Shown piece by piece: positions 56,109 to 64,000 of a stretch of DNA of 64,000 bases (positions within the stretch are counted from its first letter, which is position 1; each line of letters starts with the position of its first letter). The stretch comes from Candidatus Micrarchaeota archaeon (GTDB taxonomy: Archaea; Micrarchaeota; Micrarchaeia; Anstonellales; Anstonellaceae), in assembly GCA_018304295.1 (NCBI GenBank), contig JAGVWK010000001.1, positions 11,134 through 75,133 on the forward strand, given 5' to 3'. Position numbers and translations under genes: made by a program. A model generated the notes under the pieces. That model was not told the DNA's origin. It worked only from the letters and a program-made list of their open reading frames with translations, and ran no database searches.

Positions 56109-56993
56109 TTAGGGCATGCCCATGAGCTTGTACACGAGCAACCCTGCAATCCCTGCAAGGCAGATGGGAGGAAGCGCTGGGAGAAAAACCCTTCTTTTTG
56201 AAACAAACCAGAGCGTGAGGTAAATCCCGACTGTTGAGCCAAGCGCAATTGCAAGGGAATTTCCTATTCCCCCAAGCTTGTATGCGCTAACCGCAAGCAT
56301 GAGCGGAATTGCAAGGTCGCCGCTGCCCAAATCCATCCTCTCGCCCTCCTTTTGCGCGCGCTGCACGTATTTTTGCTCGCTTTCCTGCTCACGGCGCGCA
56401 GGAAGGGTTTTGGCAGTTACTGAAAAGGAAAGCTGGCGCGTCCCAAGCTCCTTTGCAAGCGTTATCATGTGCCTTGTCTTGAAAACCGCTATGTAATCGT
56501 AAAGGGAAAGCCCAAGGACGCACAGCAGGGTTGGGATGAAGCCAACCGAGAAGCCAAAAAGCGCGCCCACGCCTGCGCTTGAGATTATTGTGCTTGCGTT
56601 TTTTATGCGCGCATAGAGGAACTTTGCGCCTGCAAAAATTGCGGCAAGGATGCCGCTTGCGAGCATTGAGGCGATAAGGTCAAGGCCGAGCACTATTGCA
56701 AATGCGAAAAATACCACTGCTGAGGAGGTTGCGACAACGAAAAACTCAAGGAAGCGAAAAAGCATCATCCCTTTGTAGAAGCGCGTTACAATGAGTATTA
56801 TGGCTGCGCCAAAAATCACGTAAAAGAGGAACACAAGCGAATAAAGCGGGTCGGATGCCTGCGCAGGCGTTACTATGCTAAGCTCGGCAATCTCCGGCAC
56901 CATTTTGGCGTTTTCTATAAGCACAACCCCCACAAAAATTCCGAGCAATTGCGTGAACGCGAAAAATGCGGCTATCCAAAGTATTGTTTTCAT
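56109..56993 (-). CDS. Presenilin/SPP-family intramembrane aspartyl protease
   Basis: YD, LGSGD (GxGD) and PALP motifs. About nine TMs. Confidence 0.92.
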   Translation of the reverse strand: MKTILWIAAFFAFTQLLGIFVGVVLIENAKMVPEIAELSIVTPAQASDPLYSLVFLFYVIFGAAIILIVTRFYKGMMLFRFLEFFVVATSSAVVFFAFAIVLGLDLIASMLASGILAAIFAGAKFLYARIKNASTIISSAGVGALFGFSVGFIPTLLCVLGLSLYDYIAVFKTRHMITLAKELGTRQLSFSVTAKTLPARREQESEQKYVQRAQKEGERMDLGSGDLAIPLMLAVSAYKLGGIGNSLAIALGSTVGIYLTLWFVSKRRVFLPALPPICLAGIAGLLVYKLMGMP

Positions 56994-57055
56994 GTTCCCA
57001 CTCCATTGTGCCTTGCCGCGTTGCCCTTTTTCATCCAGGGCGTTTTGTCCAATCG

Positions 57056-57526
57056 CTATTGCTTTTTTGCCGCCGCCTGCTTTTTTTTCAATTCTTTCAA
57101 TGCCTTCTCAAATGCGCTCAAATCGTCAAATTTCAAGTATACGGATGCAAAGCGCAGGTATGCGATGAGGTCGGTTTTCTTGAGCTTTTTCAAAAGTATT
57201 GCGCCTATTTTCCTGCTTGGCACGTCTATTGAGTCAAGCTTGCGCACCTGCGCCTCCACGCTGTCTGCAATGCGCTCTATTGTTTCTGCAGAGACCGGGC
57301 GCTTTTCAAACGCGCGCTCAAGCCCCGCAAGGATTTTGTGCCTGTCAAATTTTTCGCGCCTGCCGTCCTTTTTTATCACGCTCAGGTCCATTGTTTGCGC
57401 TTCCTCGTAAGTTGTAAAGCGCTTTTTGCAGCGGCAGCATTTCCTGCGCCTGCGCACCTGAAAATCGCTGCTTTCGCGCGAATCAAGCACCATTGTGTTC
57501 CAGTAGGAGCAGTAGGGGCATTTCAT
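57056..57526 (-). CDS. nrdR: Transcriptional repressor NrdR
   Basis: MKCPYC...VLDSR..RRRRKC..C..RFTTYE, an ATP-cone VIKKDGRRE.F and AYLRFASVY. Confidence 0.95.
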   Translation of the reverse strand: MKCPYCSYWNTMVLDSRESSDFQVRRRRKCCRCKKRFTTYEEAQTMDLSVIKKDGRREKFDRHKILAGLERAFEKRPVSAETIERIADSVEAQVRKLDSIDVPSRKIGAILLKKLKKTDLIAYLRFASVYLKFDDLSAFEKALKELKKKQAAAKKQ

Positions 57527-57538
57527 GTGGTTCACTTG

Positions 57539-58312
57539 CTATCTGCCTATTATTATCCCTTGGGGGGTAACTTCAAACCCGTGCCAGCCCTTGGATGCGC
57601 TCATCGGGCCGCGCACGCACACGCGGTTTTCCTCAAATTCTATCACCGCATCCATGAGGTGCTCTATCATTGCAACGTCCTTGCGCTCGTGCATGCCCTT
57701 TTCTATCGCATACATTGCGGTTGCGCCCTGATGGCGCGCCTTTCCGGTGATGAACTGCATAAAGGAGAACGCGGTCTGCTCGCCGGCATCCTCCATTATT
57801 GTGGAAATTGAGTGGAACGCAATGCGGTGCATCGGGGAAAAGGACGCAAGTTTTTCCTGCGCGCTTCCAAGCTTGAGTGAGATTGAGGAAAGCGCGGAGG
57901 GCGAGTCGGCATAGTGCATGAATCCCGCATCCTGAAGGTTCGGGTCATACTGCTTGCTGTAGCAGTCAACTATTTCAAGAAGGCCGCTTTGCTCAAAATT
58001 CCCAAGCGCCCAGCCGCTTGTGCCCATCATGCGCTTCCAGTCCTCATACCCGTAATCCGTGAGCACAAACGCGCCCGGCACGTTCATGAGCAGCCCCTCG
58101 TACAAGAATTGCATTAAAAGCGGCTTTTTGCCGCAAAGCGGGTCGCCGTGCACAAGCACGTTGCAACCCTGCGCCAGCCCGCCGCCCAAAATCGCGTCTA
58201 GGGAGCGGATGCCAGTTGGGTAAAGCGCAACGCTGGGAGGCATTTGCTGCCCCGTCATTGGCTGCCCGGTCCGGGGCGGGTTGTTGTACATCTGCGCTTG
58301 GAAAGGTGCCAT
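57539..58312 (-). CDS. KaiC/RAD55-like ATPase with degenerate Walker motifs
   Basis: PTGIRSLDAILGGG. Walker A is GDPLCGKK and the Walker B position reads IAFHSIS. The real start is likely MAPFQ, and the upstream part of the 410-aa ORF is antisense to another gene. Confidence 0.85.
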   Translation of the reverse strand: MAPFQAQMYNNPPRTGQPMTGQQMPPSVALYPTGIRSLDAILGGGLAQGCNVLVHGDPLCGKKPLLMQFLYEGLLMNVPGAFVLTDYGYEDWKRMMGTSGWALGNFEQSGLLEIVDCYSKQYDPNLQDAGFMHYADSPSALSSISLKLGSAQEKLASFSPMHRIAFHSISTIMEDAGEQTAFSFMQFITGKARHQGATAMYAIEKGMHERKDVAMIEHLMDAVIEFEENRVCVRGPMSASKGWHGFEVTPQGIIIGR

Positions 58313-58425
58313 AAAATCACTAAAGCCGCAAGCATGCGGGCAGGGACTGCAAGCATAGCTGCGGGCATAAGCTGCACTAGTGGCTGCATGAATATTGCAT
58401 AAATTGCAGGAATAAACATTCGCCC

Positions 58426-58441
58426 TATCTTTATAAAGATA
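58426..58441. promoter_or_regulatory. 16-bp palindrome centred on a TATA box between divergent KaiC-like genes
   Basis: TATCTTTATAAAGATA. Confidence 0.65.
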
Positions 58442-58458
58442 TAGCGGGATAGCAAAAT

Positions 58459-59171
58459 ATGGCAGAGAAAAAACCGCGGCAGCCTGCGCAGGAACAAGAG
58501 GGACAGATGCAAGAAGGGGATGCGCAGGGGCAGCGGTATTATCCTCAGCAGGCGCAGCAAGAATATGCAAGCGGGCAGCAGGAGTATGCAAGCGGGCAAT
58601 ACGCACAGCAGGCAGAAGCAGTGCAGGCGCAAGCGCAATATGCGCAGCCGGCTGCAAACAAGACCCCTTCCGGGATACACGGGTTTGACGACTTGGTGGA
58701 AGGCGGGTATGAGGTGGCGAGCATAAATCTGGTTGTAGGGCCGACCGGATGCGGCAAAACAACGTTTGCAATGCAGTTCCTTTACAACGGAGTGGTGCAG
58801 TTCAATGAGCCCGCAGTGCTCATTTCTTTTGAAGAGCCAAAAACAAGCATATATGAGCACATGGGAAGGTTCGGGTGGGATTTTGCCGCCCTTGAGCAGC
58901 AGGGGGCTGCACAACCGTGCTCACGGGCATGGCTGAAAAGAACAAGGTGTCGGTTGGCGTGGATTACCTTGCGGACAGCATTGTTGTCATGTACAACCCA
59001 AGGAGGAAAAATGCGCGCTTTAGGGCGCTTGAGGTGCTCAAAATGCGCGGCTGCAACCACTCCCAGAAACTGTGCCCATTTGAGCTTGTTGACAATGAGG
59101 GGATACACGTATATCCGAGCGAAAACGTATTTTACGAGCTAAAAGAAGCAAGGCAGATGCAAACTGAATAA
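58459..59171 (+). pseudogene. KaiC-like ATPase with internal deletion/frameshift
   Basis: The N-half (PSGIHGFDDLVEGG, GPTGCGKT, SFEE) changes frame at a G5 run (58902-58906) into GCTTVLT...YLADSIV...LEVLKMRG. The Walker B region is absent. Confidence 0.8.
58555..58596 (+). repeat. 21-bp tandem repeat encoding QQEYASG x2
   Basis: CAGCAAGAATATGCAAGCGGG CAGCAGGAGTATGCAAGCGGG. Confidence 0.85.
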
Positions 59172-59205
59172 GGCGGACGGCAGCAGCAAACGCGCATGCG
59201 CCATT

Positions 59206-59895
59206 TTAAGGGGCACGCGCAGCCTGTTTTGAAACGCTTCTTGCCTCATCCACGCACGCAAGCCAAGAGTCTCCTATTTTTACAAGGTAGTTTCCAAAAG
59301 TTTTTGACAGGTGTATTGTCATTGGGCGGTATTTTCTCCTGCTTTCAACCGCAATGAGCGTCTGGCGCTCCACTTTGAGCATCCCGACGCGCTTTAGGCG
59401 CGGGAGCACGCGGTTGTAAAACGTTGCTTTTGAGATGTTGCATGAGGAAATGAAATCCGCTATCTGCGCGCCCTCCATTTTTGTTTTTTTCACCATTTCG
59501 CGCATGAACGCAACCGCGACTTCGTTGTATTTGCGCTGGTATTTGGAGGGAAAGACAAAATTCATTATTTCCTCCATGCCCCACAGGTTGCGCGTCTGCG
59601 CCCCGTTTTGGTCCTCAAAAGAGCGAAGCGAGGGGGAATCGTGCGCAGGAAGGTAAAGGCATTCGCTTGAGGGGATGCCTCTTGAGGCAATTGATTTTTC
59701 CTCAGTTGCACCTTGCGCGGTTGGGCGCACTGAGACCGCTTGCGCTGTTTTTTCAACGGGGCGCGCTGCAATGCCTTGCGTTTTTTCTGGCTGCGCCGCC
59801 GCTTGCGCCCCTGCCTTTTCCGTTGCGCGCATTGGAGTGGATTGCGCTGCTTTTTCAGCAAGTGGCTTTTGCGCTTTTGCGTCTTCCTCTTCCAT
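59206..59895 (-). CDS. Putative winged-HTH protein with low-complexity repeat N-terminus
   Basis: ISKATFYNRVLPRLKRVGML helix-wing. N-terminal EK(A/T)AQ repeats. Confidence 0.65.
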   Translation of the reverse strand: MEEEDAKAQKPLAEKAAQSTPMRATEKAGAQAAAQPEKTQGIAARPVEKTAQAVSVRPTAQGATEEKSIASRGIPSSECLYLPAHDSPSLRSFEDQNGAQTRNLWGMEEIMNFVFPSKYQRKYNEVAVAFMREMVKKTKMEGAQIADFISSCNISKATFYNRVLPRLKRVGMLKVERQTLIAVESRRKYRPMTIHLSKTFGNYLVKIGDSWLACVDEARSVSKQAARAP

Positions 59896-59941
59896 GTGCC
59901 TAATTCAGAGATAATATTAATTTAGGTTTGCGCAATGCAGG

Positions 59942-61531
59942 GTGTTATGCTGTGGTTTTTTATTCTTGAGCGGGGTATTGTTTAGCGTGTTAAAACGAGT
60001 GGATGGCAAAGTGGATGGCGCTAAGGTAAATGGCGGCAGGAGTGCCATTGAGGAGCATGTTTTCAGGTCCATGGGGCCAATGGACGCAAACAGGATGAGG
60101 CTTAACCAAAGCCATGTAGAACTGGACAGCCTTCTTAGGGGAATGGGATTTAACAAAATCAGGGAAAGCACGCTCATTTCGCCGCGGGAAACGCTTTATA
60201 ACAGGGGAATTGGGGAAGACGGGCTGCCGAACGGCAAATCCAATTTTTTTGTTTTTATGAAGCTTGCTGACGATACGCTGCGGGTGATGTTCGCAAACCC
60301 TGACACGTCTCAACAAGCCATAAGCCTTAGCCCAAAGGAGATACACAGGCTGCACCATACTGCCGGATTGTCAAGGTATTGGGCTGCGGATGTTGCAAAA
60401 GACGTTGAAACTACCGCCGCAAAAAAGCCGCCGGCAACTTTTTTCATTGCGCCGCACGGGCATTGGGGAAAAATAAATGGCACGAGCCTGTATGGGGGAA
60501 ACCTTGATGACGGGCTTTCGGACGATAAGACGATAATAAGGCAGATGATGTTTTACAACATGGATTATGACGCAACTGGCCCGCACAATAATTATCCTTT
60601 GCAGCTCTTTGCGCATGTGCGCGAGCTTGAGGCAGGGGTTGGAATAACAAAAATAAATTCCTTTGAGCTTACAATGCCGTATAAGAATGGAAAGCCCAAT
60701 GGGCCGCACCATAACATCTGGCTTGCAAATGACAGGATTGCAAGTGAGTACCACCAAAGGATACTTGCAGAAAGAAACTGGGATTACATAGCGTTTGCGC
60801 CCAGTGCCTCCCGTGAAGAAATGATAAGGATTAATAGCGAGCTTGCATCGCAGAGGCTGCTTGCCGTGGGGATTGCACACCCTTTTGCAACGGTTACGCT
60901 TCCTGCGACTGGCTTGGGAAACAGGGTTGCGACGGGGGATTTTGAGCTTCAGAGAACGCTTGAGTATGTAGGTGAAAATGCCCATGGGATTGCGGCATTC
61001 AGCCCAACAACTTCGGACAGGCGCGTAAAGTTCGTTAATGGCCGGGATGAAAAATATTTCAGGGGCCTTCTGGAAAAATGGGTGATGGGGCGGTTTTTAA
61101 CCCCGAATGCACTGAGCATGGCTTTTTCCCTTGAGATGCGCGAGAGGTTCGGGACTTTCAGGTACGGGGACAATGACACGCACCTTTATAGGCGAATACG
61201 CCATGATTTGCACGTGCACGGGCTTGGGAGGGTAATGACGGTTATGGATTTGAAAGGGACCGCGCATGAGGGGAAAAAACCCTCTGCCGGGGAAGTTGTC
61301 AGCATTATGAGCCTCGGGGGAATTGCGGCTGAAGGGGAAAAAGTTTCCAGGATAGGCGCATTTGTGCCTTATCAGGTTGTTGACGGCAAAGCGGAGCTTT
61401 ACCCTTCAAGGTCCAACGACACATTTATGCAAAAGCTCGGGGAGATGGCAAGGCACGTGGAAGCCTGGAGAAGGCTCGTGCCTGTGCTTGCGCGCGATCT
61501 TGCGGAAAGCGCAAGGGATTTTACAAGGTAA
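59942..61531 (+). CDS. Divergent PHP-domain metallo-phosphoesterase-like protein
   Basis: PHP-like motifs in the expected order: HGH, TGPHN, FE, PHH, IAHP and NDTH. Start uncertain. Confidence 0.6.
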   Translation: MLCCGFLFLSGVLFSVLKRVDGKVDGAKVNGGRSAIEEHVFRSMGPMDANRMRLNQSHVELDSLLRGMGFNKIRESTLISPRETLYNRGIGEDGLPNGKSNFFVFMKLADDTLRVMFANPDTSQQAISLSPKEIHRLHHTAGLSRYWAADVAKDVETTAAKKPPATFFIAPHGHWGKINGTSLYGGNLDDGLSDDKTIIRQMMFYNMDYDATGPHNNYPLQLFAHVRELEAGVGITKINSFELTMPYKNGKPNGPHHNIWLANDRIASEYHQRILAERNWDYIAFAPSASREEMIRINSELASQRLLAVGIAHPFATVTLPATGLGNRVATGDFELQRTLEYVGENAHGIAAFSPTTSDRRVKFVNGRDEKYFRGLLEKWVMGRFLTPNALSMAFSLEMRERFGTFRYGDNDTHLYRRIRHDLHVHGLGRVMTVMDLKGTAHEGKKPSAGEVVSIMSLGGIAAEGEKVSRIGAFVPYQVVDGKAELYPSRSNDTFMQKLGEMARHVEAWRRLVPVLARDLAESARDFTR

Positions 61532-61535
61532 GAAA

Positions 61536-63170
61536 CTACTTGAAAAGCCATGGCAGGAAGTTTGCCGCAAACGCCGCGAGAAGCAGCAGCATTATTGCCT
61601 GCACAGCGTATTTGTTTTTCACTGTTGCAGCCAGCGCCTGATAGCCGTCAAAGAACGGAAGCGGAAGCAGGTTTATTGTTGCAACAACGAAATTGAGCGC
61701 GAATGCAAGCGCAAGGCATGTGTAGATGAACATGAGAAGCGCGTTGTTCGGGTAATATACGAGCCAGCCTGCGCCGGATTTTTGCACTACCGTGTAAAGA
61801 ATGCCTATTTTGCCTGTTTCTGTTGCATTAAGGGAAAATGCGCCCCTGTCGGTGAGCATTGAGAGAGTGCTGTTGGGCTCAAAGGTTATGTTTTCAAATG
61901 AGCCGAGGTATTTTCCGTTGAGCTTCAGCATTCCCTCTTGCGCGTAAAGCGGGGTTGAGCTTGAGGCAAGCGTGCCGTTTATCTCAAGGAGCGCGCTTCC
62001 GCGGGGAAGGCTGCCTGCCTCCACGCGCACCGCGTCCGCGCGAAAATCGTACGTTGCGTGCATGAAAAGTATCAGCATGAGGAAAAGCGCAATGGACGTT
62101 GCAAAGTTTGATGCAGAGCCTGCAACAAGAACCCGGTTTTGCGTGTGCATGTCGGTTTTTTTCAGCTGCTTCTCATCCGGGTCAATGAATGCGCCCATTG
62201 GAAGAAAGCCAAAGAAAACAAGCCCTGCGGAATCCAGCTTTATTTTTCCAACGCGTGCAAGAAGCCCGTGCGAAGCCTCGTGCACTATGAGCATTATTGC
62301 AAGCGCAAAAATCGCCTCAAAGAATGGGAGGTTTATTCCCGGCAGTATGAAAGCGGCACCGGGGGAGGTATTGTCAAGCGGGGCGGAATTGCCCAAAAGC
62401 GCGTTTGCAACCGCCGCAAGCACCACAATAGAATACCCAAGAAGCGAGAGTGCGGTAAGGAGCGCAAAGCCGCCCACAAAAAGGGAGGCAAGCAGCACGA
62501 GGCTGAAGATGGGAACGCCGCTTGCCTCTGCGCGCAGTTTCTGCCCTGTTTGCGCAAAATCAATTGTGTTGAGCGCGGAGGAGAGTATTGGGAAAACGCT
62601 TGGGGCGACCGCTGCCGCAAGGAATATCAGGATGGGAAAGGAGAGGATGAAAAGCGCCAAAAGCCGCCGCGGCTTTCTTGCCTCCTTTGACATCATGAAA
62701 TATGAGAGAAGCCCAAAGCTCACAACTAGCCCTATGTCGGCAAGCCATTTGAGCAGGGTTTGATTTTCGCTTGCAATCCTGTCTATTAGGGAGAGGCCTT
62801 TTTTGCTGCGCAGCATGATAAGCCCCCATCCCCCGTCAAGGGAGTAGGAGCGGCGCACAAATTCTCCACTCGCCGCAAGTATTATGAGAGCCGCAACGAA
62901 TTTCACCACCGGACCCATATCCGCATCAAGCACCTGCAGGAAAAGGAAAAACGATACTATGAGCGCAGCCGAGCACAGGTATTTGCGATAAGGCACAAGC
63001 TGTGCAGGCAGAATCTGCGCGCTCTTTTGCGCGCCTGCGCCACTTTGCTTTTGCGCGCCTGCATGCTTTTGCGCTTCTTTTTGCGTTTGCGCGCCGCCCT
63101 GCGTTTGCACGGTGCTTTGCTTTTGCGTGCCCGCACGCGATGCGTGTGCGCTCTCTTGTTTCTTTTGCAT
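61536..63170 (-). CDS. Site-2 protease (M50)
   Basis: HEASH, AG...N and NLLPLPFFDG motifs. Gln/Ala/Lys-rich N-terminus. Confidence 0.92.
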   Translation of the reverse strand: MQKKQESAHASRAGTQKQSTVQTQGGAQTQKEAQKHAGAQKQSGAGAQKSAQILPAQLVPYRKYLCSAALIVSFFLFLQVLDADMGPVVKFVAALIILAASGEFVRRSYSLDGGWGLIMLRSKKGLSLIDRIASENQTLLKWLADIGLVVSFGLLSYFMMSKEARKPRRLLALFILSFPILIFLAAAVAPSVFPILSSALNTIDFAQTGQKLRAEASGVPIFSLVLLASLFVGGFALLTALSLLGYSIVVLAAVANALLGNSAPLDNTSPGAAFILPGINLPFFEAIFALAIMLIVHEASHGLLARVGKIKLDSAGLVFFGFLPMGAFIDPDEKQLKKTDMHTQNRVLVAGSASNFATSIALFLMLILFMHATYDFRADAVRVEAGSLPRGSALLEINGTLASSSTPLYAQEGMLKLNGKYLGSFENITFEPNSTLSMLTDRGAFSLNATETGKIGILYTVVQKSGAGWLVYYPNNALLMFIYTCLALAFALNFVVATINLLPLPFFDGYQALAATVKNKYAVQAIMLLLLAAFAANFLPWLFK

Positions 63171-63262
63171 GCCTGTTGCTATTGCGCAAAACAATAAAAG
63201 GATGCTGGGGGCATTCAAAATGCGGCTTTTGGGCGGCTCAAGGCGGCTGGCGGGGTGTTTTT

Positions 63263-63709
63263 ATGGAATGCGAAGTTTGCGGCTTGGAAGAGGGGGAAAT
63301 TGTTGCGCAGATAGAGGGCGCGCGGCTGCATGTGTGCCACAAGTGCGCTGGGCTTGGGAAAGTATTGTACCAGCCGCAGCAGCATTCACAAAGGCAGCAG
63401 GCGCAAAAGCCCCTTGCGCAATACGAGGTTGTGGAGGAATACGACGCGCGCATAAAAAACGCTCTCCGCAACATGGGGCTAAGCGTCGGGGTTCTTGCTG
63501 AGAGGATAAACGAGAAATCCTCATTTTTGGAGCGCGTTGCCGCAGGGCATGCAAAGCCGACTGAACTGCTTGCGCGCAAGCTTGAGAAGGAGCTTGGGAT
63601 AAAGCTGCTTGAGGAGGCAGGTGTGCAGCAGGGAGCGCCAACAACAAGCAAGAGCGCAGGCATAACACTTGGGGACATACTTGAGATAGACAGGAAAAAG
63701 AAAAAGTAA
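63263..63709 (+). CDS. mbf1: Archaeal multiprotein bridging factor aMBF1
   Basis: CEVCG...IEGA.L.VC.KC Zn ribbon, an HTH and TLGD. Confidence 0.92.
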   Translation: MECEVCGLEEGEIVAQIEGARLHVCHKCAGLGKVLYQPQQHSQRQQAQKPLAQYEVVEEYDARIKNALRNMGLSVGVLAERINEKSSFLERVAAGHAKPTELLARKLEKELGIKLLEEAGVQQGAPTTSKSAGITLGDILEIDRKKKK

Positions 63710-63744
63710 GGGAAGAAAAAGCAAAGGCAGGGATAGGGGTTTTG

Positions 63745-64000
63745 ATGGGCGTTGATTTGGGGGAGCTTGCGCAAAGGCACACTGTTTCCATAAGCGAATT
63801 AAGCGGGAAAACTTTTGCGGTTGACGCGTACAATACCATCTTCCAGTTCCTTTCCTCAATACGCCAGTCCGATGGCACGCCCCTTATGGATTCGCAAGGC
63901 AAAGTTACCGGGCACCTCTCAGGGCTGTTTTACCGCAATGCGCGGCTTTTGGGAGAGGGGCTAAAGCTCGTATACGTTTTTGACGGAAAGCCAAACATCC
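63745..64000 (+). CDS. fen: Flap endonuclease 1 (3'-truncated by window edge)
   Basis: Manual translation gives MGVDLGEL...[41 protein letters not shown]...YVFDGKP. Confidence 0.95.
   Translation, partial: MGVDLGELAQRHTVSISELSGKTFAVDAYNTIFQFLSSIRQSDGTPLMDSQGKVTGHLSGLFYRNARLLGEGLKLVYVFDGKPNI

Noticed and set aside
58313-58771. N-terminal 153 aa of the 410-aa minus-strand ORF
   Set aside because: It is antisense to the Gln-rich start of the divergent gene and spans the promoter. The true start is probably 58312.

Overview
This is a 64-kb, gene-dense stretch of an archaeal chromosome. The evidence is PolD DP1/DP2, PCNA, FEN1, Topo VI, TFB, RpoL, Csl4, aIF1A/aIF2beta, and archaeal ribosomal proteins and aminoacyl-tRNA synthetases. 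The compact layout, many TATA-box leaderless starts and divergent orthologues suggest a DPANN lineage, possibly Micrarchaeota (inference only). Most of the window is housekeeping. I recognised no rRNA, tRNA, CRISPR array or autonomous transposase. The accessory or unexplained content is: (i) three structured intergenic RNA candidates (1367-1545, 38625-38718, 40086-40144); (ii) two IS200/IS605-end-like palindromic elements and one MITE-like inverted-repeat element; (iii) four toxin-antitoxin-like loci plus a NYN nuclease; (iv) a divergent pair of orphan genes at 27.3-30.1 kb; (v) a GH10 lipoprotein and a CorA, each with an altered signature motif; (vi) a 56-63.7 kb regulatory cluster with two defective KaiC-like ATPases, NrdR, presenilin, site-2 protease, a PHP phosphoesterase and a wHTH protein, several carrying Gln/Ala-rich N-terminal tails; (vii) strong GATC avoidance outside the islands; and (viii) a probable ~28-kb inversion that split the aIF1A-Rio1-KH-TopoVI operon. 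All family calls come from motif recognition by eye. No database searches were run.
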